Source: Octopus vulgaris | Taxonomy: Eukaryota | DNA length: 64,000 nt | Assembly: GCA_951406725.2 (NCBI GenBank) | Contig: OX597819.1 | Coordinates: 70,866,001-70,930,000, forward strand | Reading direction: 5' to 3' | Notes under the pieces: generated by a model | What the model saw: the letters and a program-made list of their open reading frames with translations, nothing else | Told to the model about the DNA's origin: nothing | The model's database searches: none | Program-made: the position numbers and the translations under genes | Shown here: piece after piece, positions 26,731 through 38,827 of the stretch | Numbering within the stretch: the first letter of the stretch is position 1 | Layout of the letters: the number at the start of each line of letters is the position of its first letter

Positions 26731-27220
26731 AAGGCACAGGCATGGCTGTGTGGTAAGAAGCTTGCTTCTCAACCACATGGATCTGGTTTCAGTCCCACTG
26801 TGTAGCACCTTGGGTAAGTGTCTTCTACAAAAGCCTTGGGCCGACCAAATCCTTGTGAGTGGATTTAGTAGACGGAAACTAAAAGAAGCCCATCATATAT
26901 GTGTGTGTGTGTGTGTGTGTGCGTATATATATATGTGTACGTGTATGTATATATATATATGTGTGTGTGTGTGTGCATATATGTGTGTGTATAAATGTAT
27001 ATATATATATCTGTGTGTCTGTGTTTGTCCCCCATCACTGCTTGACAACTAGTGTTGGTGTGTTTATGTCCCCATAACTGTTTTGCAGTTCGGCAAAAGA
27101 GACCAATAGAATAAGTCCTAGACTTACAAATAATAAGTTCTGGGGTGGATTTTTTCCGGCAAGGTGGTGTTCCAGCATGGCCACAGTCAAATGACAGAAA
27201 TAAGTGAAAGTAAAAAGAAC
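26731..27220 (+). mobile_element. SINE family A, full-length copy
   Basis: Same head, core, microsatellite and tail as 193-583, in the opposite orientation. Confidence 0.85.
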
Positions 27221-29063
27221 TTGTCTGTAAGGTGCTCGACCGCTTATTAATTCAGGGACGAAATATCCAGTTGATCAAGCAACTGAATCTTCGTTGTATG
27301 AAAGAGATCCATCATTAAGTTTATATTGTTATATGTTCTCAGATTTATTCAAATCTTGGAACATGCTGCTGCTGCTGGTGATGATGTTGACATGACAACA
27401 AAGATGATGATGGTGGGGGTGATGAGGCATGCTGCAAACAGCTATATAATTGCTATTGTTTTCCATTAGCGCTTATGTAAACATGTTAAGACTTGCGGCA
27501 GTGTATCTCTAGCTGCACTATCTCACTGCTTTATTGATTTCATTCATTATTTTGTATATGGGCTGTTGAATGGTCAGAAATTGTGCTGTCTTGGAGCTAT
27601 GGTTTATCTGTAATATAGTTTCACTAGATTCTTTATTGTTATTATTATTGTTATTAAAGATGTGAGCTGGCAGAATTGTTACTGCGTTGGGCAAAATATT
27701 TAGCACCATTTCTTTTAGTTCTACATTCTGAATTCAAAAGCCATAAAGGTTGATTTTTACCTTCCCTTACAGAATTGGTAAAATAAGCACTAATTGAGCC
27801 CTTGACTTTCCCCTACCCATAAAATGTCAGACCTTGTGCTTTTAGTAGAAAGAATTGTCATCTTTATGAAGGTGGCAAAGCTGGTAGAATAATTACTGCA
27901 CGAGATGAAATGCTTTGCAGCATTTCTTTCAGTTGTCTTTATGTTCTGAGTTCAAACCCCACCAAGGTCAACGTTGTCTTTCATCCTTTCAGGCAGTTGA
28001 CTGCCGTTCTTCTGTTGCTAACCTTCATGGATCTTGAAAGACAAAAAGACAATTTGTTGACAGAAGTAGCAACATCAACAACAATGCACGAAGCTCATGT
28101 CCTTTGTAGAGCACAAATGTAAGCACATACATGTACATATACACAATGGGTTTCTCTCGTTTTCTCTCAACCAAATTCTCTCGCAAGGCTGTGAGGGTTC
28201 AGGGCTGTAGTAGAAGATACTTGCCCAAGGTGTTGCACAGTTGGATTGAACTTGAAACCATAGGCTTGAAAAGTGCTGCTCTTAACTATACTGCCACATC
28301 TGTGCTCTTCCTTCCACACACACACACACACCCATACCAAAGATTAATATGCTACTGAACAAACACAGCTTGGCCAGAAGCAGTCCATATTCATTGAGGT
28401 CAGTCTTGAGTTCCAATCCTTATTAAGGTTGATCTTGTACCATTTTTTAAACCCTTTTAATCAGGGAATATCAAGTTTACAGGCAGTAAAGCAATTGCCC
28501 CTATCCCCTATCTTATAGAGCTTATCTTTCCTTTTCATATATACACACACACACACACAACAGACTTCTTTTAGTTTCAGTTTACCAAATCCACTCACAA
28601 GGCTTTGGTCGGCCCAAGGCTATTCGAGAAGACAATTGCCCAAGGTGCCAGTGGGACTGAACCTGGCACCATGTGGTCAGGAAGCAAACTTCTTACCACA
28701 CAGCCATGCCTGCACCAATATATATATATATATAAGCTTCCACACACGCCAGCTTAATTTAATTCGTCCTTAGTTGAAAGACACCTGTTGTTATGTTCTG
28801 TTATTTGCATTTGTATTTGTGTAACATTTCTTCATTTTTCCCCATCTTGTTTTCATATACTTTAGCTACTTTCTTCCAAGGAATCTAATGCTCTTAGCTT
28901 AGTTTTTCCTTGGGGCTGACCAGATTGGAGCAGTCTCGAGTATAACCAGCTGAAATTGCAAAGATAATCTGGAACTTGACTGAGAATAGAAAACTCCAAA
29001 TGAACCGTCCTTGTTTTCTTTGTATCATCTGTCAGGATGTTTTGCGTTCTTGTCCCATTTTTG

Positions 29064-29107
<44 letters not shown>

Positions 29108-29532
29108 TTAAATTTGTGTCTTTGTGTTTTCCCTGGTGTTAGTATGTTTATGTCCCCACAATAGAGCAGTCTGGCAAAACAAACCAAGAGAATAAGTACC
29201 AGGCTTTCAAAACAAAAAAGCACCAGGTCGAATCCTTCACCGAAAACTTCTTTTGAGGCATAGTTGCAGTCTAATGACTTATAGTAATATATGCATATAC
29301 ATTTCAATAATCTATGAAGTAATATGACTTAAGTATTATGAAAGATATGTGGGTTGTGTTTGTTCTACTTTAGGCTGTATAAAACTACTTCAAAGCAATT
29401 AACTGACAAATTCAGTATGAGTTTTATTGTGACCATCCTCCCCCACCCTACTGGCCTGGCATGGATTACTTAGACTTGTAAAATATGTATGGCATGGCTG
29501 TGGGATAGACAGAAGCTAAAAGAAGTCTATTG

Positions 29533-29712
29533 TGTTGGGCCCAACAGAGGCAAAATGTCTGAGCTCCTTTTGAGAGTTGGGTCTGACAAAGGCAAAGTGG
29601 CTGAGCTCCTTTCGAATGTTGGGCCCGACGGAGGCAAAGTGGCTGAGCTCCTTTCGAATGTTGGTCCTGGCGGAGGCAAAGTGGCTGAGCTCCTTTCGAG
29701 TATTGGACCTGC
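29533..29712 (+). repeat. 42-bp tandem repeat, about 4 copies
   Basis: Unit GTTGGGCCCGACGGAGGCAAAGTGGCTGAGCTCCTTTCGAAT, upstream of a family C core. Confidence 0.9.
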
Positions 29713-30706
29713 TGAAGGCAATGACTAAGACTTTTGGCTTGAGAAGAAGGCCCATCAAGCCAAGTAAATTGATACCGGTGTCGTGCAAATGGCAATTGCT
29801 CCGGTGTCATGTAAAAGCACCCATTACAATCTTGGAGTGGCTGGCATTAGGAAGGGCATCCATGCCAAATCAGACTGGAGTCTGGGGCAGCCTTCCAGCT
29901 TGCCAGCCCTGGTCAAACTGTCCAACCCGTGCCAGCATGGACAAGATATTAAATGATGATGATAAATATTCCCTTTCAAAATAATCAACTGTGTAATTGT
30001 ATAATTTTCTTAAGATCTTAATTCTAACCCCTTTTGCTTTGGGGGTTTATTGAAAGCAATGGATTTCTGAAATAACTGCATTTATAGGGTTATAGTTCCC
30101 TTACATAGGGTGATTATAATAGCATAACTACCATTATATCTATCTACTCAATGAGAATAAACATCACCATCAACACCTAGCATTTTCTTTCTTTACTTCG
30201 TGTTTTGTTATTCTATTCTACTTACTGCACTCATATTTATTTCACTTGCGGAATTCTTTGTAAATGGGGGGCTAAAATATTTTAGTGGGGTCATTCATAA
30301 CTGTGATGACAGCAAACTTTCAGCAAGATGACAGTTGCCAGTTCAGCTTGTGTTGTAGCAGAAAAATGACCTAACAATTAACTATGGAGGAGTGGCGAGG
30401 TACTGCAAAGGCTTATAGGGTGCACACACCCATCTATCTGTCTGTCTGTCCATCTGTCCATGCAAACATTTGTGTGTGTGTGTGCTTATGTTTATATGTA
30501 TGTATGTGTATCAGTGTGTTTGTGTGTGTGTGTATATATATATCTTTTACTTTTTACTTGTTTCCCTGTAACTTAACAGTTCAGCAAAATAGACCGAGGG
30601 AATAATTACGAGGCTTACAAAGAATAATTCCTAGGGTCAATTTGTTCGACTAAAGGCAATGCTCCAGCATGGCCACAATCGGATGACTGAAACAAAGAAA
30701 AGCAAA

Positions 30707-30755
<49 letters not shown>

Positions 30756-30769
30756 TTAGATATGTTTCG

Positions 30770-31147
30770 ACCAAAGATTGGTCCAGGCCATGTCTAACTT
30801 AATAGCACCACCTGATAGGATTATCTAAACCCTTTTTAAGTTAAGTTCTGCGGTGTCCTGGTCCATTCAAGTAATGAGTTCTTGTTGAGTGAGTTGTATC
30901 CAGGTAAAGGTGGCTTATCTGGTACTCCTTGAAGAAATTTGTCCAGACTCTGTTTAAAGGTGATGGGATCCTTTTCTTCTTTGATCAGTTTTGGGACAAT
31001 GTTAAACAGGGCACGGCCTGTTGAGGAAAAGAAAATGTGTCGCAGAGTACCTATATGTTGTGATCCTGAATTGAGCAGGGAATGCATGGCCTGTGGTCCC
31101 ATTCTTGGATGAACCTTGAAACTAATGTTCAGGTCGTATGGGCAATG

Positions 31148-31148
<1 letters not shown>
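30770..31148 (-). mobile_element. CR1/L2-group LINE 3' end (ORF2 C-terminus and 3' UTR)
   Basis: FFSSTGRALFNIVPKLIK...FKQSLDKFLQGVPDKP...NSLLEW fits the C-terminus of CR1-group ORF2. 5'-truncated and flanked by (TA)n. Confidence 0.8.
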
Positions 31149-31193
<45 letters not shown>

Positions 31194-31269
31194 TGTAGAT
31201 ATATTGATAGATACTTATAGATGTGTGTGTGCATTTATATGTATATATGTGGGTGTGTATATGTATATA

Positions 31270-31316
<47 letters not shown>

Positions 31317-31457
31317 TCTGTCTGTCTGTCTCTCTGTGTGTATTTGTATATATGTATGTGTGTGTGTATATATATATAGATATATATAGATGTAGATATA
31401 TTGATAGATACATATAGATGTGTGTGTGTATTTATATGTATATATGTGTGTGTATTT

Positions 31458-31491
<34 letters not shown>

Positions 31492-32222
31492 ATATATATA
31501 TCAATAGCAATTTATATATTTGTGTGTATCTACATATATATATATATATATATTATAAATATATAGACACACACACAGACAAGTGTGTATGCACTCATAC
31601 GCATTCATATACATACACACACACACACAATACACATCATTGTCTCGTGGGAAATATTTTCACTTTGAATAACCTTGTATTGTTTCATAAACTCATGGCT
31701 TTGTCATTTTTTTGTTTATTCAGTTATTTTTGGATGGGTTTGAGTGGATCAGAAACAAATTTTTCTGTGTGTGTGTGTGTGCAGTTGGTCTTTTCCTGCT
31801 TCGTGTGTGTATTTCACTTTGTCTTTTCCTGTATCATAAGAGTTTCTAGGGACGGAACACTTAAGTCAGTACTTAATATCTGTACAATATTGGAAATGAC
31901 CATGGTCACGTGTTGACAGGACATAGCCTCGACTGTTTATATAGACTTTCCCAGAGTAGAAGTACAAAGCAGCAAGCATTCATTACATATATAATTTTTA
32001 TTTCCCTTACTTGTTTCTGTCATTTGACTGCGGCCATCCTGGAGCACTACTTTTAGTCGAACAAATCGACCCCAGGACTTATACTTTGTAAGCCTAGTAC
32101 TTGTTCCTTCAATCTCTTTTGCCGAACCGCTAATTTACAGGATGTAAACACACCAACATCTGTTGTCAAGCAATGGTGGTAGGGACAAACACTGTCACAC
32201 CCACACAAATATATACTTATTC

Positions 32223-32269
32223 AGTAGTACATCAGTTTTCGAACACCTCTGACCACGAATAAATAGTGC

Positions 32270-32315
<46 letters not shown>

Positions 32316-32361
32316 CACTATTTATTTGTATTCAGAGGTGTTCAAAAATGGAGGTTCTACT
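32223..32361. repeat. Fold-back with about 48-bp arms around (TA)n, nested in a SINE A microsatellite
   Basis: GAACACCTCTGA...AATAAATAGTGCT / AGCACTATTTATT...TCAGAGGTGTTC. Confidence 0.88.
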
Positions 32362-32362
32362 C

Positions 32363-32428
<66 letters not shown>

Positions 32429-33179
32429 GCTTCTTTCAGTCTTTGGTGGTCTGAGTCTTTAGTAGAAGGCACTTCTTGCCCAAGGTGCCATGCAGTTGGA
32501 CTGAACCAGGCAAGCTTCTTACCACACTGCCAAGCTTGTCTTATTTGATTTGTTTAGGTGGATGTATATATAAACCCTAGATGGTTTTTAAGATCTGTTT
32601 TGTGCATGTATACACACACACACACATATACATTACAAGTGGATGGAACTTGTGGATGAGGAGGATAGGATGAAATACTGAAGGATGACAGCAGAATGAT
32701 GAACATTTCCGATGAGGTGGCAAAGGAGTGAGGTTCCTGGTGCCTTGCTGTACTCAAGATGCCCCCGTCCTCCACAACTAAAGTATTAAAGCCACATCCT
32801 CTGGCAAAGAGGATTGGCCTGAAAAAATGCTGTCCCAATGCCAAATGAAGACAGTAGGAGCCTGGTGCAGCTCTCCACATTGGCAGCTCTGGTCAAATTG
32901 TCCAACTCATACCAGCATAGGAGATGGAAGTTAAAGGATGATAATGTTGATATTGTATCTGGTGTAGAGCTTAATTTAGATTATCATCATCCTGTCTGCT
33001 GCTAGTGAAGTGGTTAAGCAACTACTATGTTTAGTAATATTACTAGTTAATAGAGCAAAATGGAGGCAGAATTACAAAATGTAGGCATAAATTTATATTA
33101 CTGTATATATTATTATAATTTATAATGATATATAGTTGTGTTAATCCTAGTTTCTCATGTGCACACACACACACACAAA

Positions 33180-33444
33180 ATATGAGAGATGACTATGTGG
33201 ATCCCTTGTATGCTAGAAATAGATGTCAAACCGACTTACCACTAAATATGTGTTCTCCATTTAGTAAGACGCTAGACGTTTACGAGCTAGACAAATGAAA
33301 AGAAATAAACATAGCACATTTCTTTTCGTTTGTCTAGCTCGTTAACATCTAATGTCTTACCAAGTTGTGAGCACAGATTTAGTGGTAAGATGGTTTGACA
33401 TCTATTTTTAGCATATAAGGGATCCACATAGTGGTCTCTCATAT
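33180..33444. repeat. Fold-back inverted repeat, about 127-bp arms and 11-nt loop
   Basis: ATATGAGAGA...TGTGGATCCCTT...CGAGCTAGACAAA pairs with TTTGTCTAGCTCG...AAGGGATCCACA...TCTCTCATAT. Confidence 0.93.
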
Positions 33445-33536
33445 TGTTTATATTTAAATAGAATGCACGGCCCTCGGACATTTTTAAGTATACTGACCAC
33501 TGGTTGAAATTGATATCATTTAATCATATTAATTTC

Positions 33537-33570
<34 letters not shown>

Positions 33571-33696
33571 GTCATAATTTTAATGTCCCAGTTTCATGCT
33601 GGCATGAGCTAGGTGGCTTGACAGGTTCAAGGAGTGCATTGTGTTCCAGTATGTACTTTGGCAGGTTTCTGAGGCTGGACATCTTTCTTAATGATA

Positions 33697-34310
33697 TACT
33701 AGGTCTGATCATTAAGTATTTGGACTGTTGTCATCGTAACAAAGCTAAATCATGCAGAGTGAAACCACTTGCCACAGATTGGTCTTCAACTCTGCTGTGC
33801 ATCCGCTCTGAGTTTTAGCATTCTAGCTCGCTTCTCCTGTTTACAGCAGTGCTTGGAAGGAAGGTGTGGTTGTATTGACCATAAAAAAGTTGTCATGGCA
33901 ATACCTGCACAGGGGCCTATGCAAAGTTGCAGCAAGTGTATGAGCCATACACAAGTGTGCGAGTGGTTCAGATGTTTTCCAAGATGGCTGAAAAAATGTT
34001 GATATTGATGAATGTTCTGGGAGACCTGCAACCAGCAGAACTGAGAAAAACATTGCAAATGTGCATGCAGCTGTGAAGGGAAATCATCAACTCACCATCC
34101 GTGAGTTATCAGAGGATGTGCAGATTAGTTACAGTTCAGTTCAGTCCATTATCACTGAAGATTTGGGTATGAGATGCGTGTCTGCCAAATTTGTACCAAA
34201 ACTGCTTCCAGCTGACCAAAAAGACGCTCTGGTTTCAGTTGCACAAGATCTCTCTGATAGTGTCAAGAATGATGAAAGTGTTTTGAAAACATTGCGTAGG
34301 CCTCTGGGCA
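33697..34310 (+). mobile_element. Mariner transposon 5' relic (TIR and HTH domain, frameshifted)
   Basis: Terminus TA-CTAGGTCTGATCA. MSHTQVCEWFRCF and LTIRELSEDVQISYSSVQSIITEDLGMRCVSAKFVPKLL fit the mariner HTH and WVPxxL-type linker. Confidence 0.9.
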
Positions 34311-34760
34311 GGTATTGCTAAGATTTTGGCAAAATTTGTATGCTGGAGCTCAATGTAGTCCTGCAGTTCACCGGATCCTTCAAATTGTCCAACCCATCCA
34401 TGGAAAATACAAAATGTTGTTGACTTTTGTTTGAGTTAATTTAAAAGATAAATAACCTCAATAGTCTCTGGAAAATCATCATCATCATTTAACATCTGTT
34501 ATCCATGCTGGCATGAGTTGGACAATTTGACCGGGGCTGGCATGCTGGAAGGCTGCACCAGGGTCCAGTCTGATTTGGCATGGCTTTCTGTGACTGGATA
34601 CTCTTCCTAATGCCAACCACTCTGAGAGTGTAATGGGTGCTTTTACGTACCACTGGCATGAGTGCCATTTGCGTGATACCAGTATCAGCCACGACTGCAA
34701 TTTTGTTCGGCTAGATGGGTCTTCTCAAGCACAATATGATGCCAAAGGCCTTGGTCATTG

Positions 34761-35062
34761 CTTCTGTGAGGCCCAACACTAAAAAGGAGCTCAGCCACTT
34801 TGCCTCCATGAGCCCCAACACTCAAAAGGAACTTAGCTACCTCACCTCTGTGAGGCCCGTTCAAAGGGAACTCAGCCACCTCGCCTCGGTGAAGCCCAAC
34901 ACTCAAAAGGAACTTGGCCACTTTGCCTCCACATAACCCAGGAGCTTGGCCACTTTGCCCCCATGAGACCCAACACTTGAAAGGAACTCAGCCATCTCAC
35001 TTCCATGAGGCCCAACCCTCGAAAAGAACTCATCCACTTTGCCTCCATCAGGCCTGACGTTC
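34761..35062 (-). repeat. Same 42-bp tandem repeat in inverted orientation, about 7 copies
   Basis: Units of AAAGGAACTCAGCCACTTTGCCTCCATGAGGCCCAACACTC, adjoining a minus-strand family C element. Confidence 0.9.
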
Positions 35063-36648
35063 AACTTTCTGATTTCATTTCCATATTGTGTTCAAATACA
35101 TTGCTTTTGTTTCAATTAATTTTAACGAGGAATTTAGTGACCCTTTTGCTACCATATTTCTGCTGAAACATTACTTTTGTTCATTTAATCGTGAAAATAA
35201 TGAAGAATTTATGAAAATAACTTTGTCATTAAGCTGCTGCTTTGAATATAAATTAACAAGAAATTTTGAAGGAAGGTTTTAATTGAGATCACTTTGAAAT
35301 GGAAAGTTTGTATCATAGAACCAGTGGGGGTGGTCATGGGTGAGTTGGTATTAATAGGGCTAATCAGTGTATTAAGTTTGAAAGTTTCTGACATCAAAAT
35401 TATTGATTTTTTTTAAGGTTTGAATCCTTTGGCATTCAGATTACTCTGTCAAATGTAATGCTTATTTATTCACTTTGTTTTGAATTATCCACACATTATC
35501 TCATAGCCTTGATATTTTGATAATTTGATTCTTTATTTTTAGAATGACATTGTAGGCTAGGTGTGATAGGCCAGACGATGCAGATCTGAACAAAAACAGT
35601 AGAATATTTTGGCTAAATACAACCAATTTAACAGCAGGACAACTGATATCAAAAGTTTGAATTAATAACCACCAGGGCTGCTGATTGGCTCCTGTGCCAG
35701 CGGCATGTAAAAAGCACCATTCAGGCGTGATCGTTGCCAGCGTTGCATTACCAGTACATGTTCGGGTGGCATGTGAAAAACAGCTCTCAAGCGTGGTCAT
35801 TACCAGTGCCACCGGATTGGCTCCTGTGCAGGTAGCGCATAAAAAACACCTTTTGAGTATGGTCATTGCCAGAATCACTTGACTGGCCCTTGTGTCATTG
35901 GCACGTAAAAGCACTCACTACACTCTGAGTGGTTGGTGTTAGGAAGGGCATCCAGCTGGATGCCTTCTGGATCATCAGTCCTCAGTCAAACTGTCCAACC
36001 CATGCCAGCATGGAAAGCGGATGTTAAACAATGATGATATGGTGTTTGATTATTTTTTAAAAATTCTATTTGGATATTAGTTTTCAATATTCATCATCTT
36101 ACTAGAAGAATGTCACTAAATCTATAGTTTATTTCATAATTTTAATTGGTGTCCTGTTTATATCTGGGATAGAATGTCCTTTCTAGCTGTGTAAACATGT
36201 GGCTGCAACTATCATCTGTACCATTTTAACATATACTTTTTCATGCCAGCATGGGTCAGATGCGTATACATTGAAACAGTCTCTTTATGACTGGATACTG
36301 TTCCTGTCACCAACCTCCTCTTGTTTCCTGGTGAGATAATAATCTCCCAGTTTACAGAACAGCCAGCAGCCCAGACATGTTTTATATAGAGAATTGGAAA
36401 TGCACAACATTGTTTAAGGAGTCTTTAGTTTAAAAAATATCTTTTATTTTTTGCTTGTTTCAGTCATTAGACTATGGCCAGGCTTGGGTACCATCTTGAA
36501 GAATTTTAGTTAAACAAATGAATTCCAACACTTATTTTTTTTCTCCTACACCTTATTCTGTTGGTTCATTTTGCTGAACCACTAAGTTATGGGGGTTGTA
36601 AATGCACCAACACTGGCTGTAAAGCAGTGGTGGGAGGCAGATAGACAC

Positions 36649-36697
<49 letters not shown>

Positions 36698-37018
36698 ATA
36701 TATGAATGCTCGAAATGAGGAGTAGATAAACAACCGACTGCAGATGGTTGATGAAGGGTCCTTTCTCAGTGTTTACTTGTCTGATTTTCCATTTTTTTCT
36801 TGTTGTTTATGTATTTAACTCATATATTTACATATTTCATGTTATTTGCACTGTTGGTAATGTCCTGTACCCATATATGCCTGTATATAACGGGAAGCTT
36901 TATGAAAATAGACAAAAGACGAAGGCAGGTTTACGGAAATAAACAAAAGACGAAGGCAGGTGGAATACAAACAAACAATTGTATTAGTATGGCGCTCAGG
37001 AAATATAAATAAAACAAG

Positions 37019-37056
37019 TCTTTAACGTTTCGAGCCTACGCTCTTCAACAGAAAGA
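37019..37056 (-). ncRNA. Penelope-type minimal hammerhead-ribozyme-like motif (variant core)
   Basis: Minus strand reads UCUUU-CUGUUGA-A-GAGC-GUAG-GCUC-GAA-ACGU-U-AAAGA: stems I and II pair and stem III is a palindrome. The core has U in place of the conserved A6. Confidence 0.5.
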
Positions 37057-37229
37057 TACACAGAGAAAAAACACAGAAAGAAGGAGAAAAATAAAACGAA
37101 CGGGACAGTTTATGCGAACAAGTTCAAGGTTGAGAGTTCAAGGTTGGAAATGTATAGACGTCGTGGTATATTTTTTAAGGATTTCACATCATATATATAT
37201 ATATATATATATATATGTTATATATTATT

Positions 37230-37256
<27 letters not shown>

Positions 37257-37263
<7 letters not shown>

Positions 37264-37650
37264 GCAGTATCACCCGGCGTTGCTCGGGTTTGTTTCAACC
37301 CTTTAGAATTGGAATTTTTTAAAAGTAAAAATTTTGCATTATGTAGCTTGTTATTCTCTTTAAGTGAACATTTTTCTGGTTGAAATACACCGAAAAATGG
37401 TGACACAGCAGTCAAAAAATTGTAAAAAATAGGGATTTTCATAGAAAAAAAACGTCATTTTGATGTAAATAATTTTTGGTGTTAACATGGTCCGATTTGA
37501 ATTTCTTCTTCTACGGGAGGAAGAGCAAGCCTTCTTCTATCATACTCTCAATTTTGGTCAACTTGCGCTGCAGGGTTTCAGAGGAGATAGTGTTAGTTGA
37601 AGGTTACCAAACCTGCCATACACAGACAAATACGGCTTTATATATAGATA
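37257..37650 (+). mobile_element. Non-autonomous Helentron/Helitron-like element
   Basis: Starts in (TA)n with TAGCAGTATCA-CCCGGCGTTGCTCGGG (short subterminal hairpin) and ends CAGACAAA...TTATATATAGAT. A similar ACTAG...CCCGT..ACGGG end lies near 9248-9273. Confidence 0.55.
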
Positions 37651-38351
37651 TACACATGCGCGTGTGCACACACACACACACCAGCCTTCTTTCAGTTTTT
37701 ATCTACCAAATCCACCCACAAGGCTTTGGCAGGACTGAGGCTATAGGACAAGATACTGCTCAAGGTATTCTCAGTGGCATTGAACCCAGAACCATGTAGT
37801 TGAGAAGCAAGCTTCTTACCACACATCCATTCATGGTAGGCTGGTTGCAAATGCCACAATCAAAGAGCTATTGCTTAAGAACCAGCGAACAAATCAGAAA
37901 CATACACACCACAATAGGGTTCTTTAGTTTCTGCTTTGTCCACTCACAAGGAATTGGTCAGACTGAAGCAATACTAGAAAGATGCTTTCCCAAGGTGGAA
38001 TGAAGTGGGACTGATCCTGAAACCATATGGTTGCAGAGCAAGCCTTCTAGCCATACAACCATGCCTCTGTGTGTGTGTGTGTACACATTCAGAGTTCAAA
38101 TTTCACAGAGGTGAATTTTGCCTTTCATCCAAGCTCTTTATGTAAACACCTCAACTAAAACCTTCCCTACGTTAGATCCTGGAACTCAGGGGTGGACCAT
38201 GAAACTGCACATATATTTGTATGTATGTGTAGCCCAGTGTTTCTCAACCGGGTTTCCCTGGAACCCTAGAGTTCCGCAAAAGAGGGAGATAAGCTAGTGC
38301 TAATTTCATGATTGTAATATTACTATAGATGCACAACATATTATTGGTTGT

Positions 38352-38827
38352 AGTAACGATTGTTTGCCAACTTAATATGGCAGCCTGGTTTAGGACTAAT
38401 GTTGCTGTAATTTAGCCTCAGGAGACATTATCTCCAGCTGGTTATATGACATGGTGTGTGTTGGCAGACAATCTTTATTATAAAGTACTGTTGCTGAATA
38501 TCTCATGTTGTGAGATTTATAAATGGTAATTTTCTAATTTATAAATCAGTGACTAGTTGTCACTTTGAAAACTATATATTTCAAACGGGAATTTGGCAGC
38601 GCCACCTCTATCCAAACAATTTTTCTGTGTTGACGAAGGGAAATAACCCAGAAATCGTGATACACAGATATTGTTTTGATCTGGGTGGGGATGCTAGATT
38701 CCCTTGTTCGAAAATATAAGGACACAGATCGTGTCGTACAGCCAGCTGGAGACGATGTCTCCTGGGGCTAAATTACAGCCACATTAGTCCTAAACCAGGA
38801 CTGTTATGTTGGCAAACAATTGTTACT
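38352..38827. mobile_element. Fold-back element with about 108-bp inverted arms and 260-bp interior
   Basis: TTGTTTGCCAAC...CCTGGTTTAGGACTAATGT...TCTCCAGCTGG is mirrored at 38722-38827. The interior recurs at about 50535-50745. Confidence 0.85.

Noticed and set aside
26731-26815. tRNA genes at the SINE heads
   Set aside because: A/B-box-like motifs are present, but there is no intact cloverleaf and they continue into SINE bodies.
29466-29984. 14-aa repeat proteins on both strands (also 34685-34936)
   Set aside because: Consequence of a 42-bp tandem unit inside a repeat element; no splice or family evidence.
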